Assembly: GCF_041146345.1 (NCBI RefSeq)
Contig: NW_027191409.1
Span: 248,001 to 312,000, forward strand
Direction: 5' to 3'
Source: Neodothiora populina
Taxonomy: Eukaryota
Length of the DNA stretch: 64,000 bases
The translations under genes and the position numbers were made by a program. A model generated the notes under the pieces. It saw only the letters and a list, made by a program, of their open reading frames with translations, searched no databases and was not told where the DNA came from. Shown piece after piece: positions 22,918 to 36,005 of this stretch (the stretch's first letter is position 1; each line of letters starts with the position of its first letter).

Positions 22918-24635
22918 GTTTAGGTCTGTCCTTGGTACTTGAAGTGGAATCGATTGGGTATTGGCAAAAAAGTGGCTGGGCTTGAAATTGACGGGAGAGT
23001 GGTTTCTTTTTTTCTTGTTTGGCTTTGACTGGAAATTGATCTGGAAAGAAGAAGAAAATTGATGCTTGTGCGGTTGTTCGGGATGGATTGGGCTTTTTTG
23101 GTTCTTTGATTCAGGTGACTCTTTTCGCCGGTTCGATCGGAGCAGATGAAGTTCGAGAAAAGCCCAATTTTGTGTGTGGAAAAGTGGTTTGTTTGCCTTT
23201 GTTGAGACAATTCTGGCTGGAAAAAGTGGATGATGGGAATATGCTGTGGACTAGAAACGAGTTTGAAATGCTTTTGGTCTTGTGTTTGAATGATGTTGTT
23301 GGCTGAGCTGGATTGAATGGAGCAAATGAAGTTCAGAATACCGTGAGTACTGTGAAGTGTGAAGAAAGAAAGAGAGAGACTCAGACTCGAGAAGATACTT
23401 ATTCTCTGTTTCCTACAATTGGTTGCACTACGCGTTTTTCTGCCCTTTTTTCTTTTGCCATGGACGGGTTTTCACTTCGCGAGTTCACTTCACTTGTCGG
23501 GGGCTGTGTGCTGTGGTAAGCTTGTTGCGTGCACCCGTTGTGGTGCTGTGGTGTGCACTGCCCTACTTTCGCTGACCTACCTCGCTGTCTATAGGGTGCT
23601 TTACCCCTTTTTTGTCCCCTTTTGCCCGACTCCGATATTTGTTCGGCGCTACCTGATTCGCTGGAATCTATTTGCGTCGCTTACGAGTATTATGAGTTTA
23701 CAGTGTGACTGGCCTTCTATCGTTATTTCTTCTGTTGTTGTCGGCGTCGGCGTCGGCTGCGAAAATCATGAAAGAAGGTCGAAAGCGGTGGCGCATGTTT
23801 CGTTTCGGACCACTGTTTCGATGGCGAGTACAGGATGGATTACATACAGAACCGACGGAAGCCTCTCGTCAGGTTTTCAGATTGGTGTTCTTATCGAGAT
23901 CTGGATGGGCGTCTTGAGTTGAGGTTGGGAATTGAAGTTCTGGCTGGTCGTGTTTGAATATGCGTCATCGGCAGTGAACAACGAGTTCAACCAAGTCGTT
24001 GCATCATTTCACCCATCGGATAGGTCGTCTCGATGCTGATGATGTGAGATCTCTTGTACACATATATCGATCGGTACAAGCCTGTCGAGCATCCTATCCG
24101 TTTCAAGATCGAGGTTCGAAAAAGGGGTCGCATTGAGGCCGCAATCGAGAATCCAGCTGTGATTGCAGAAAAAGATATTCTGATCAGGTACATTTGTATG
24201 TCGAGGTTCTCCTGGCTAGGATCGTGATTTGTGTTTGATACTTCACCACCATCGGCAACGGCAGCGAAACCAGGAGGTGCTCGCTAGAAGTGCGGCCGAT
24301 TAGCCATCTCAATCATCCTGATAGATGACCATCTCATTGCCGAACCAAGTCCCAAGGACAAATAGCAAGGAGTGTCGCAAGTGGCAGAACAGGAGACGCG
24401 AAACATATAACGTGGGAAGATAAACATGAATGCAAAGATCAAACATGAATGCAAAACCCAGAGACCAATGCGAAAAGCACACGTGGGCAGGTTTCGGAAG
24501 TAAACGATCAAAGTGCTCCAAATCCGAGCCAAGTGCAGTACTGTCCATCTCGACGTCAAATTTCTTGTTTCTACCAGGTCTTGGTATACAGGATAAACAG
24601 CAGCTCAATCGATGAGCTGAAGAGGAAGGGCAAGA

Positions 24636-27279
24636 TTACAAGACCATGACACCGTCTCCGCCTCGTGTAAAGCCGACAGTCTCGACATCCAGACTATCCC
24701 ACAGCGCCTGAACATCGACGTCTCTCCTGACAGCATGTTTCTTCTTCTTCTTCTTCTTCTTCTCCAGTCCCATACCGCTACCAGATCTCCTCTTGGCAAC
24801 GGTACTGTTGCTGCCGTAGAAGTCATTGCTACCCGCCACGCAAGCGTTGCCGCCCTTCCACACGGTATCAGCCACAGTCTTCCACACGACGGTCTCGTCG
24901 ACGACCATCTCCGGCGTGTAGAAGATTCTGCAGTCGGCGGTTTCGTATCTGAATTGCAGAGGCAGGCCGGACTCGTCGCCTTGTCTGATGCCGTCTCGCG
25001 AGTTGACTACAGGGCTTGAAGGAGCGCGATACAGGGGGAGTTGTGTGTAGTCTCCTAGCGCAGTTGAGTTGTAGTACTCGAGGTCCGAGGCGTTGGAGAA
25101 CGAGAAGATCTCTTCGATGGACTCGAAGATGTATGAGTAGGGGAAATCGTTTGTGCCCTTGACTCCGCCCACTGCTTGGATAATGTCTTTGTTCGGGCGG
25201 CCACCGAGTGCAATTGTCTTGACGCCGGCCTGCTGGCGCATGAGCTCCGAGAAGATGGTGCATGTGCTGGCGCAGTAGCCGTCGTAGACGATGATGATGT
25301 TCTCGGCTTCGAAGGGCTGTACGGTCACGTTGGTGCGGTTGAGGTAGCCCGAGACATAGATGCCGCCGGAGTTGTCGGGGATCAAGGGGTCTGACAAGTT
25401 CCAACGAATGATTGACGTAAAATTGTCGTCGGCCGGTCCATATGCGTGGGGACCGAACTTTTCGGGCCAAGACGTGAACGGCTCGTAGTTGACATCGGCG
25501 TCGCTGCGGTAGTTCCACGACGACGACTCAATGTCCTGCACGGTATAGTTCTCGTTGAGACTGCGTGGCCATCGGCCTGACAATTCGGAAGCTTCTTGGC
25601 CAAGCAGGTCAAAGGCTTTGTGAGCTCGGAAGCGAGTGGCTCCGTAAGGAAGAATGCTGGGAAAGAGCTGCTTGAAGATATCGTAACCTTGAAGAATAGT
25701 ACCGCCTGCGTTTGCAGATACGTCAATGATCAGCTTCGTCTTATTAGCTGCGAGAGCAGCGGCAATGAGTTCGCTGTTGACGTTCTGGAACTCAACTTCG
25801 TCCGTTCCTGCGAAAGAAGGAAGAGCCAAGACGGCAACATCTGCATAATCCGCGCCAGAGAGGAAATAGCCAGCGTTCTCGTTGTAAGAGTTTCTGACGA
25901 CTGGCGTAGGATATCCTGGAGCAGGAGTGGTGGTTCGGGCAGTGGGGGTAGGAGCAGTGGAAGTGACCGCACTGCTGGTAGTGTTTGAGCTAGTCGACTC
26001 GCTGGTCTCGGAAGAGAGAAGAAGGTCGAAAGCGTTCTCACTGGCATACGGCAAAGTGGCAAAGTACGTATTATAGATGTCTGCTCCGGTGGTGATGTTG
26101 GAAAAGTCCACCAACACTCTAGCATAGTTGTCATTGGTGACGGTTGTGCCATTGGCGAAAGTGAAGGTGGTGGTAGGACCCGGGAAAACAAATCTTCCAC
26201 GACCACTTCCGCTGAAAGTGCCAGTGCCGGTTCCTGAAGATCCGAGCGAGACCTGAGCAGGAATGTAGAAGAGATTGTTCCACAATGCATCACGGTCCTG
26301 CAGAGATCCACACTGAGACCAGTCCAAAAGATAATCAATCGCATCTTGACCGTTGATCTCGGTGATATAGGACGGAGTGAAAGATGCATTGCCGAATGAC
26401 GCAGTCAGAATGTCAGCATAGACGTACGGCTGCGGCAGACTTTCGCCGTCGACAGAGAGCGAGACAAGAGGCGTAGTGCGGCCAAAAGTGAAAACACTGG
26501 TAACGCTGTCGGGATAGAAAGCGAAGTGACCGTCGTGAGCGTTCTGGAAGGCCTTGTACAGAGGCCAGCCAAACTCGTACTCCGAAGCATAAGCGCCAGC
26601 AGAGGCATTGGCACGAATTTCCTCCCAGACAGCAAAGAAGTCATAAGGAGGCTGAATTTTTTGCGCATACTATGGAGTGCGTCAGTAAGACTGGCTCGTC
26701 GAATGAGAAGAAACATGTCAACATACCTCGTCTGGAGGAGACTTCAGATAGCTCAAAGTAGTCTGCCAATTCAGGTATGGCTCAATCGAGTCCATCAACG
26801 CCAAAGCAGCGCTCTGGTTGAATGGGATCTCATGGAGACAATCATATGCCACTTGGGCTGGGATACTCGCTGTGGCAGCAGCAGGCGATGCACTGCTGAA
26901 AGACGCTACAAGCTTCGATACACTTGCACAAGCACCAGTACTGACGGAGGTGGATGTAGTTGATGCTGCCGTGCTCGAGCTGGAAGCAGTAGGCGCCGGT
27001 GCTGTGACAGTGCCGCTACCAGTTGGACCAGACTTGCCAGTAGAATAGGCCGACGGGTACGGTCGATTCCATGAAGCTTTTGGCTGTGGCGGGATGTAGG
27101 GCCTATGCGAGTCAGTGTGTGGCAAGAAAACAAAAAGCTGTTCAGACGTACACTGGCTGTTTCCATCCCGGGTGATCGGGGTGTTGCTGAGGGCTCCAAT
27201 CAGGAAATTTGGGAGCCGACCACGGTGCGGCAGCACTCAAACCTACCAGGCTAGCGACCAAGACTTGTGTGGCTATCAT
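24636..27279 (-). CDS. Secreted fungal peptidase S41 family protein, 3 exons
   Basis: Signal peptide MIATQVLVASLVGLSAAA and an S/T linker, then AYDCLHEIPF, AHDGH, KLIIDVSANAGG, IIIVYDGYCASTCTIFSE and QAVGGVKG. Confidence 0.88.
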
Positions 27280-28072
27280 AACGACTGCTGAAAGAGCATA
27301 CGACTATCACAGAAAAAACCTACATGAGACGAGGGAACGGACAGAGCCCTTTATGTATCTTGATTTCCTGCACAGCAGATCACGGCAGAGCTACTATCAA
27401 CACCTTCCCCATGAGTAATGTATGGCCATCGACTCTGCATATTGCAAATGAGTAGGGCGGGAGTGAGCAGGGGACACATTGCGGGCGACACAGCATGGTT
27501 GAACACTGACTTGACAACCAGTGGTTTTTAAAGTTACCGCGGGTTGGTGGGTAGCAGTTCAGAGTCTGGCAACCCGGAGGAGAAAGACTTTCGATGCTCG
27601 CATGACTTGTACATATTGGGCAGGTCCGGGTATTTTGGTACGAATTGTAAACCTGACAAGGAGTACGACCAAGGGTTCGGAGATGGAAGATTATACGACG
27701 ACCTGCTGAGAAGGGACTGGTGCGAGAGCATAGAGTGCAGATGTGGGGCGGGCAAAGCAAGCGGGGAGAAGAGGATTAGATGAAAGCGGCGCCGATCAAT
27801 GCGATAAGCATTCAGGGACAGGCATGACATTTTGTGCATGATCTGATGTGACACGCGATAAGGATATTGTGAGCAGGTTCTTTGACAAAGGCGAGCCAAA
27901 GGCAAATTGGAGGCTGAATACGAGGCAGGGTCAGGTTGGTTGTTTCACAGTGAAGGCATTTCAGCGGAAAGCGGCTGGAACTGCCGATGGTAGACAGAAA
28001 CAACTATCAAGAAACAGAAATTTGTTGTATGAACGATATCTGATATGTTTTGGATGGCGAAACAGAGGCTCA

Positions 28073-28842
28073 TCACTTGGCCGCAGCCTGCCTGAAGATG
28101 CCCGCGAGCCTCTCGCCCTCTGACTCGTCGCGTAACCTCTGGATCAAAAAGGACTTGAGATCTCCCCAGAAAGCGTCGTTGCTGAGCATATCGGCGGCGG
28201 TCTCTTCTGTGTGTGGAAGTGTCTCGGCCTGACCCTCGGCGCGTTCAGATAGAGGTGCAGGATCGCTGGATGCAGGTACAGATGCAGCTCCGGCGGTGGG
28301 ATCGGGGAGCTCGATGGCGGGAGAAGCAGGAGCAGGCGAGGATGGAGCCGGGCTGGAGAAGCCGCCCATGATCATAAGAGTCAGGTCCACTGATGCAGGA
28401 GGCGGGCTCGGGAGCAGGTCCTTGAGGGTCTTGAGGTCGGGGCAGGGCTTCTTGTTCAGCAGCATCTTGATCTTGTAGACGTCAAGACCGTGCTTGGATG
28501 CATATTGAGTCTTGAGGTCGAGCACGGTAGTGTCCAGAAGTTGCGACGGGAGACTGAGAGATCCCTGAGAAGACTTCATGGGCTTGAGGTTGACCGAGAC
28601 AGTCTTGGGTGTCGCTGCGACATCGGGACGTTCACGACGAGGGAAGGGATGGGTTGGCTTAGGGAGGATGTACTAATCACATGATGATCAGTGTCTTGTA
28701 AAGGACATATTATAAGAGGGTATGAACATACAGGCGACTGGGCGGGGTATTTCTTGGGATCGGAAATGTAGTCGCTGTTGAGTCTGATGGGCTTCCTGTC
28801 CATGGCCGACATGAAGGCCCGGGCGAAGTTTGTCTCTGACAT
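28073..28842 (-). CDS. GET5: Get5/Mdy2-like protein (Get5 N-terminal + ubiquitin-like + C-terminal dimerisation), one intron
   Basis: MSETNFARAFMSAMDRKPIRLNSDYISDPKKYP, a UBL region TTVLDLK...KIKMLLNKKP, and FWGDLKSFLIQRLRD. Confidence 0.75.
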
Positions 28843-29081
28843 GGTGGATAGTTGTCTCTGTTCTCAAGAGTAGGTATGATGTTTTTTGTGTTGTCAGATA
28901 ATCAGTGGTATAGACACAGAGATGGAGTAGGTAATCCGTGGGGGAAGCTCCATGCATCTCATCGCATCTCATCTCCAAAGTGACGTCGGCAACACCCGCC
29001 AGATTCGTTTATTTTGACATCACCATCTTCATCGTCCACCTTTTCTCTCATCGACAGACACAAGCAGACGCCTGGCCCGAC

Positions 29082-30763
29082 ATGTCGAGTCTCTACAACC
29101 TCGAACCGCCGCCGACTGCAAAAGTGCTGCTGAACACAACCTCGGGCGACCTGGTCTTCGAGCTATGGGGCAAACAGGCCCCTCTGGCGACACGGAACTT
29201 CCTGCAGCACTGTCTGGACGGCTACTACGACGGCACCATCTTCCACAGGCTGGTGCCGGGGTTCATCATCCAGGGAGGCGATCCCTCGGGCCTGGGCACG
29301 GGAGGCATCAGCGCCGTCAACGACGGGGCGCCTTTCCACGATGAATTCCACTCGCGGCTGAAGTTCAACCGCAGGGGTCTGCTGGGCATGGCCAACTCTG
29401 GCGAGCCCGACGACAACACCTCGCAGTTCTTTGTCACGCTGGACGCCACGCCCGAGCTGCAGGGCAAGAACACCATGTTTGGCCGCATCGAGGGAGACAC
29501 CATCTACAATCTGATGAAGATGGCCGAGGCCGATCTGGCCGAAGAGGGGGAGACAGGCCCTTGTATCCCACCAGAGTCATAAGCACCGAGATATTACTCA
29601 ATCCCTTCGAGGACATGGTCAAGCGAATGCACATTGCCGAGCGCACCAAGCGGGAAGACGTGCCCAAGCCGGTCAAGAAGAAGAGAAAGGCCGGGAAGAA
29701 CCTGCTCAGTTTCGGCGCAGACGAGGGTGAAGAGGGGGATGTCGTGGTGCCGGTGCCGAAGAAGGCTAAAGTGAATCCCAATTTTATTGCTCCTTCTCCG
29801 TCGGAAGCACCGAAAGCATCACCACAAGCAGCAGCGACACCGAGAGCAGAGGGATTACCAGAAGAAAGAGTCACACCCAGCGCAGATGACGGTGCAAAGC
29901 CAGAAGCCTTACCAACTCAAAAACCACGCAAATCTCCCTCTCCCTCTCCCTCTCCCTCTCCCTCTCCCTCTCCCTCTCCCTCTCCAGCTCCGACACCAGC
30001 CCAAGAAACGAACCCCCCACCAAGAACGAAAGACCCATCACCTCCGCCTCCACCTCTAGAAAAGAAGCCAGAACCCAGCAAACTCGACAAAGTGAACCAA
30101 CAAATCGCAGACCTCAAAGCATCCATGAAGCGGCCGGGCGCCAGCTCCTCACGACAACGCGAAGAGCAAGAAAAGAAGACCGCGCTCGAAGCAATGATAC
30201 CCGCCACGTCGACGCGCGGCCGCAGACGCGGCAGAGTCACAGATGAAAAGGGGGCGCTGGATCTGTTCAATTCGTTCAAGAAGAAGTTGGAGCATATACC
30301 GCGAGTCGAAGAAGACGCTTCAGCTGGCAGAGCATCAGGAGAAGAGAACAAGGAAGAGCAACAAGCAGAAGAGGAGAACCCCTCAAACGAGCCAAGAGAA
30401 AAAGACAAACCTCTAGAACCAGACACGGAAGCGACCCTCTGCGACCTGCATTTCATCGCAAACTGCCAGTCCTGCAAATCATGGGACGAAGAAGACCCGA
30501 GCACCAGAAACCACGACGACGAGGACGAAGACCTGCTCAAGGGCGGCACACAGTGGATGGCTCACGCCCTGTCGTTTGCGAAAGACACGCTGGGCAAAGA
30601 TCTCGAGTGGAGGAGGAAGATGGAGGAGTTTGAGGTTATCGATCCGAGGGAGAAAGCCAAGGAGATCAATAAAAGTGGTGGGAGGAACAGAGACAAGGAC
30701 GGTAATAAAAGGGGAGGGAGGGAGTGGGATCATAAAGATGGGAAGATCAAGGGGCGGGGATGA
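29082..30763 (+). CDS. CWC27: Spliceosomal cyclophilin Cwc27; reading frame broken by a 1-nt deficit at about 29546-29551
   Basis: MSSLYNLEPPPTAKV...ELWGKQAPLATRNFLQHCLDGYYDGTIFHRLVPGFIIQGGDP...EFHSRLKFNRRGLLGMAN. The second frame continues DRPLYPT...NPFEDM...LLSFG...LCDLHFIANCQSC...WMAHALSF. Confidence 0.92.
29934..29983. repeat. (TCCCTC)n hexamer repeat encoding (SP)n in CWC27
   Basis: About 8 tandem units. Confidence 0.85.
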
Positions 30764-31112
30764 ATCTTCTTGTTTTCGTCTATTCCTCTTTTCCGCCTTT
30801 GATGTGCAGAGATACCCCGTCGCCGTGCCCCACCTTCCCTTCTGATCTCCTCTGTATTCCGTCGACTACTGCTCTGGCATCTACATCTTTAATTCGCAAG
30901 CGTCAAATTTCCCCAACTGGATTATTCCAAAGTCTACCAATTGTGTCCTTCTCGCAAGATCCAGTCCTTCCAATCATCCACTCGTCTATTTGTGCATGCT
31001 CGTCCCTGCCACGCGGCTCTTCGTTTTCCGAAACCTCATCTCATCGTCATCTTCTTCATCTTCTTCTTCATCTTCTTTTTCTAGACCTTCCTCGGGCGCA
31101 AGGAGAACTGCC

Positions 31113-32120
31113 CTAATGTCTGCACCCGTACCCAACAGCCTCCCTGACGAGCTTCGCCTTACTCAAAGGCCTGGCCTCGGGCAACAAATCCATACCACTG
31201 AGATCGACCTGCTCCTCATCCAACCTCTTCGCCAACACCTTCTGGTCCTTGGCGATAGCATCCAACCAAGCAGCGAGTCTGACACCGGCTCTAGCGATCT
31301 GGAGTTCCACGATGGGGATCGCATCGTCGTAGTAGCTCGTGCTGAGATCTTTGTTCTCGACCGCTGACACTCCCGAGGGAATCACGGTCGAGCAGACGTA
31401 GGCGTTTGCTTCTTGCGCCCAGCTAAGTGCCGACGAGATCGGGTCCGTGGTGTCGAGGCCTTTGGTCCAGGACGAAACCTGCGACTTGTAGGTTCCTGAC
31501 GTTATGGCTTTGCCAAGGGTCGTGGCCCATGTGCGGGCGTCTTTGAGAGAGTAGCCTCCCACGAGCTGCTCGGCCATGTTGGAGTCCCAGATGTGGTGGA
31601 GATTTGTCGAGGTGCCGTCGTAAGTCACGTCAATGTCGTTACCGCCGACCGAGAGCGCTTCGTCGTGGAGCGGCTGGTGCAGGTCGCCGATGATGTGCAC
31701 GAGGAAGCGTAGTGCGTAGTTGACTTGAGTATCGCTGAGGGACGTCGAGACGACGCGTTGCGTGTAGTTGGCAATGGCCGAGATGGAACATCCCTTGGTG
31801 CCACAATCGCGGTCGTAGTCTACGCTGCATGACTTGGGAGGGCTGTCTTCGGCGTCGATGAAGTGGAAAGGAGCCGTGTAGCTTCCTGCAGACGTATAGC
31901 GGTAGGTGTCGGCCCATGTGGCGATGCCTGCGAGGTAGCTGGTGCTGGTGTTGGACAAGATACCCTGGGCCCAGGTCTTGGTGTGCGCCGCCACGCGGTC
32001 TTGGGCGATGTATGCCACGGTCTCATGGCCAAGGGTTCCCCATGCGGAGACTTGGGGAATCCAAAGGGCGGTACTGCCGAGGAGGGCGGTCGCCAGAGTT
32101 GCTGGGTTGAGAGGAGACAT
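31113..32120 (-). CDS. Secreted S1/P1 nuclease
   Basis: Signal peptide then mature start WGTLGH. Zinc-ligand motifs WAD, FHFID, HIIGDLHQPLH, GGN and NLHHIWD. Confidence 0.95.
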   Translation of the reverse strand: MSPLNPATLATALLGSTALWIPQVSAWGTLGHETVAYIAQDRVAAHTKTWAQGILSNTSTSYLAGIATWADTYRYTSAGSYTAPFHFIDAEDSPPKSCSVDYDRDCGTKGCSISAIANYTQRVVSTSLSDTQVNYALRFLVHIIGDLHQPLHDEALSVGGNDIDVTYDGTSTNLHHIWDSNMAEQLVGGYSLKDARTWATTLGKAITSGTYKSQVSSWTKGLDTTDPISSALSWAQEANAYVCSTVIPSGVSAVENKDLSTSYYDDAIPIVELQIARAGVRLAAWLDAIAKDQKVLAKRLDEEQVDLSGMDLLPEARPLSKAKLVREAVGYGCRH

Positions 32121-33626
32121 TGCTTGGCGTTGCTCTCTTTCTGATTTGATTTCTGTCGGATCAGAAACAGGCGATCGTAATAGTCTTGATGAAGAAGGAA
32201 GAAACAGAAAAATAGGATAGGTCTTGACCTCTTATATACCTACCTCTTCTCAATTCACTATGCATTGATAACTTGTACAACCGCCAAACCTTTCCTTACC
32301 TTCTTCCCTACCATCATGCCTCTTACCCATCTAAGCTTTTTCTCCCCACACCTCCGTTGCTTTCCATAGTCTATATAAGAGACCACGCGCCGCCAATCAT
32401 CACCTACAATGGCAATGACAGAAGAAGGACCAATCGAAAGCGTCAATGCATCAGGAGGGGGCAAGGGGCCGAACAAAAAGACTACATCTGCATATTGCAA
32501 ACTTCATCTAATGATGGTCGGTCCTGCATTGCGAGCCTATAGAAGCAAGAACGCAAGTGACGAGAGAGAGAGGTTAGGAGCTCGCCTGGGGTGACAGTGT
32601 TTGTGAACATGCGGTGTCTTCCGACTAGAGCAGAACGAAATAAGTTTTTGTTTTAAGTCTATACCACCTTGCAAACGTGACGCCTTCGAGACAAGGAGAA
32701 ATGAAATCTGGATCTGCTGCTCATGCATGACACGGTACCTGCCTATTGCAGATTGTGCATTGCTAGAGCGGTTGCGGTTGAGGTACGATGGAAGCTGAGC
32801 GGTGGAGATAAGAGCATTCATCCGCTCGTCCAGGACAACGAGAGCGAGGTCGGTGTGATGGCATGGTATACCATATGATAAGGCAGGAAAGCATGCATCA
32901 TGTACGGTCAAGTGTCATGCACGTGGTTGGTTGCAGAGGGATGTATTGGATGGGGAAGAAAGCTTGATAGATGAACAAGCGAAGGGGGGATATCTCCGGG
33001 GTGGGGTGTATCATCGATGAGGTACGTGCGTAGATTATAAGGTGAAACATGTGTTATTGTTCTAGAGCACATGGCCGAAGAGGGTACGATGAATGTGACA
33101 ATTCCGATGGTTTGTCGACTCGGAACACGGGTACCTGGCCAGATATCGCCTTTCCTTCCCGCACGCCTACCAAAGGGCCTTATCGTGGTGCATCATTCAT
33201 CTAATGTAAATTGTGACGGTAAGTGCACTGCAGCTACTGTATTATTTCCTCCTCGACAGTGTCACCTTCGTTGACTCTGTGTTATAGCATTGCAGCAAGC
33301 ACATGTGATGAATAGCGTCGGATATCGCCTAGGTGAACAACTTACTGTCGTGGCTGAGAAACACTCATTTATCACTGGAGCGTGGCTGAACATTAATGGA
33401 GCGGATAGCAGCGGGAGGTGCTGAATGTGAATGTCGACCTTGTGGTGTCGTCGTCTACTTGATTCGAACCATCTCAGCACGAAGGAACGCATGATCTTGA
33501 ACGCCTTGTGCCCATGTAATGTAGTAGGTATCATGTTCGCGACCAAGATGAGGTGGATATCTCTCAAGAGCCAAACGCCGATAAAATGCAGGGTGTGGAA
33601 CGCCAGTAACGCAAAGACAAGTTGGA

Positions 33627-34472
33627 CTATTGCACTTCAGGTGCAGGTGCAGCATGGACGAGGTGATCATCTCCGTTGGCATTGACGGGAGGGACGACTT
33701 CGGTAGCGGTAGCGGCATCATCGTTGTCGGCAGCGGGGTTCCATGCTCTGCCCTCGAAGAGTCTGCGCCACCATGTCGGCGGGTCCATCGGTCTCGATCC
33801 GTTGTGTGTTGAAGGGTAAATATCGTTGAAGAAGTACCAGACTGCACGAGCAATTCATGGTTAGTCGTGTGTCCCGCTAGGAACCTGTGAGTGGGATCAC
33901 GACTTACCGTGGCCGACAATGATACCACACAGCTCGTCCTTGGGCCACTGGCCATGCATGAGCACACTCAGGCCGAGCATGACCCATGGCAGCCAGGGGG
34001 CAGTGAAAACGAACAGGCCCAAGAAACTAAGCTGGACGTCGGGATGACGCCTGGCCCAGATGTAGACCAGAGTGCTGCTCAGTGTGCTTCCGAGGAAAGC
34101 GACCGACAACAAAGGAGCAAGACACAAAAGAGTCGTGGCCGCGTATGCCAGTAGCCAGGCAAAGTGCGCGCGCGAAGGAGCCGACTCCTCAAGCATGCGC
34201 GCATATCGCTGGATGAAGAAGATATGAAACAGAAGGTTTAGCGACAGAGGGCCGAAGTAGACAAAAGTAGTTATCAGGCGCCAGTACTGGCCTTTGGAGA
34301 AGACGGCGCGATAGCTGTAGAACAGCTGGAAAGGCGTGAGGATGTGACATTGGACGAGGACTCCGGTCAGGACGACGGCGGTGGTCCAGTAGCGCGTGCA
34401 GACGGGAGTTTCAAAGAACCATTGTTCCAGAGGTATTTGGCCCATGTCGCCAGCACCGAGCATGGCAGCCAT
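33627..34472 (-). CDS. DER1: Derlin (Der1-like ERAD membrane protein), one intron
   Basis: PVCTRYW, QYWRLITTFVYFG, YARMLEE, LVYIWARRHP, APWLPWV and GIIVGH|VWYFFNDIYP. Exon 2 ends APEVQ*. Confidence 0.9.
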
Positions 34473-35409
34473 GTTGCAAGAGTTTGTTGTGGCTACTTTG
34501 AATGGAGTAGAAGTTGATGTTCAGGTGTCAATGTTTACGATGGCGACGGCGATGGCGATGACGATGACGATGGAGAGCAGTACAGAGTGTCCGGACGGAC
34601 AAGGCAGCGCGACTTTAGATGTTCGAAAGGAGCGACATGTAATTACTATAAAGTGGGCTGCCTTGTTGGTGTACAAAACACAAAGGCAAGTCAAGGTAAA
34701 GTGATCAGGCTGCACGGTAGTGTATATGGTACAGTAGGATGGAATAGTCTACATCAGGCAAGACACGACAGGACTAGACACCTGTACAGTACATCTTACT
34801 CGAAGCGTCCAAATCTCCATTGCAATCGCCGAGGATCAGGCATCGGGGTCAGGATCCGGCAGTGGCAGTCGACAGTCATGGCGTGCAACACAAGCAGAAG
34901 ACCCTGGAGAACGGGTCTAAGCTCCGGCGATTATTCCTGTGGCTGTTACTGTATGTCTGTGCTTATTGCTCGAGTGTGGCTTGCACTTGTACTTGTATCT
35001 GCATACTGTGGTACCTTGCTGTACGGCACCTAAGGTTACTTTACTTTGTTTCTCCGGGTGCCAAGATCGTATCTTATCGCTCGATCATCGGTCGAAGCCA
35101 GAGTCAGAGTCCCAAAACATCATCGATCCATAATCGCGACTTTGGTATACAAACACACAACATCAATTGACCCGCCGCGCCGCCACCACCCTTGACCCAG
35201 CACTAGCAGAAAAAGAAGAGCCGAGTCTCTGCGCGCGACCACACGCGACCACACCTCCACCATCAACAAACCCGGACGTCCAACGATCTGGCCCGTCAAC
35301 ACCATCACGCCCCGCCTGCCTTCGCTACCACACCTTCGCGCCATTGATGCCTCGGTGATCGCGCCAAATCAGGGGCCCGACTCCACCGCGAACAGAACAA
35401 CGCAAAAGA

Positions 35410-36005
35410 ATGGCGCCACGCACAGCGCAGAAACACAGGCCTAGCTACGGCGGCAAGAGCACAGGCGGCAAGACGGTCAACTCAAAAGTACCGAGGAGGA
35501 GTTCAGGGAACGGTATGTTCTCATGCTTCCACTCCTCTATACGGCGAGAAGCAAAAAGCACAGGAAATAGCCGAGTCGAGATTACTGATCATCGACCGCA
35601 ACAGCAATGGGCGTCAAGCAAGCACGACGCTACAAACCCGGCACAGTGGCCCTGCGCGAGATCAGAAAATACCAGCGCTCGACCGACCTGTTGATCCTCA
35701 AACTACCCTTTGCGCGACTAGTGAGTAGTCCACCACCTCTCCCCACTCAGTCCTCCCTCAATATCCCAGTCCTGACTCGAGACCAGGTTCGCGAAATCTG
35801 CCTCAACATGGCCCCAGCAGGCACTGGCATCTTCAGATGGCAATCACAAGCGATCCAAGCCCTGCAAGAAGCCGCAGAGGCCTTCCTAGTGCATCTCTTC
35901 GAGGACACGAACCTGTGCGCTTTGCACGCCAAGCGCGTCACCATTATGCAGAAGGATATCCAGCTCGCCAGGAGGATCAGGGGCGCTTGGGGAGGGCTGG
36001 GATAG
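35410..36005 (+). CDS. CSE4: Centromeric histone H3 variant (CenH3/CENP-A); introns 35513-35604 and 35721-35786
   Basis: Histone fold [23 protein letters not shown] with CenH3 diagnostics: LPFARL (no Q), long loop 1, RWQS (W), FLVHLFED and VTIMQKD. Divergent N-terminal tail. Confidence 0.92.

Noticed and set aside
1267..30763. Two NTC-associated splicing factors (CWC2, CWC27) in one window
   Set aside because: They are 26 kb apart with unrelated genes between them; coincidence is sufficient.
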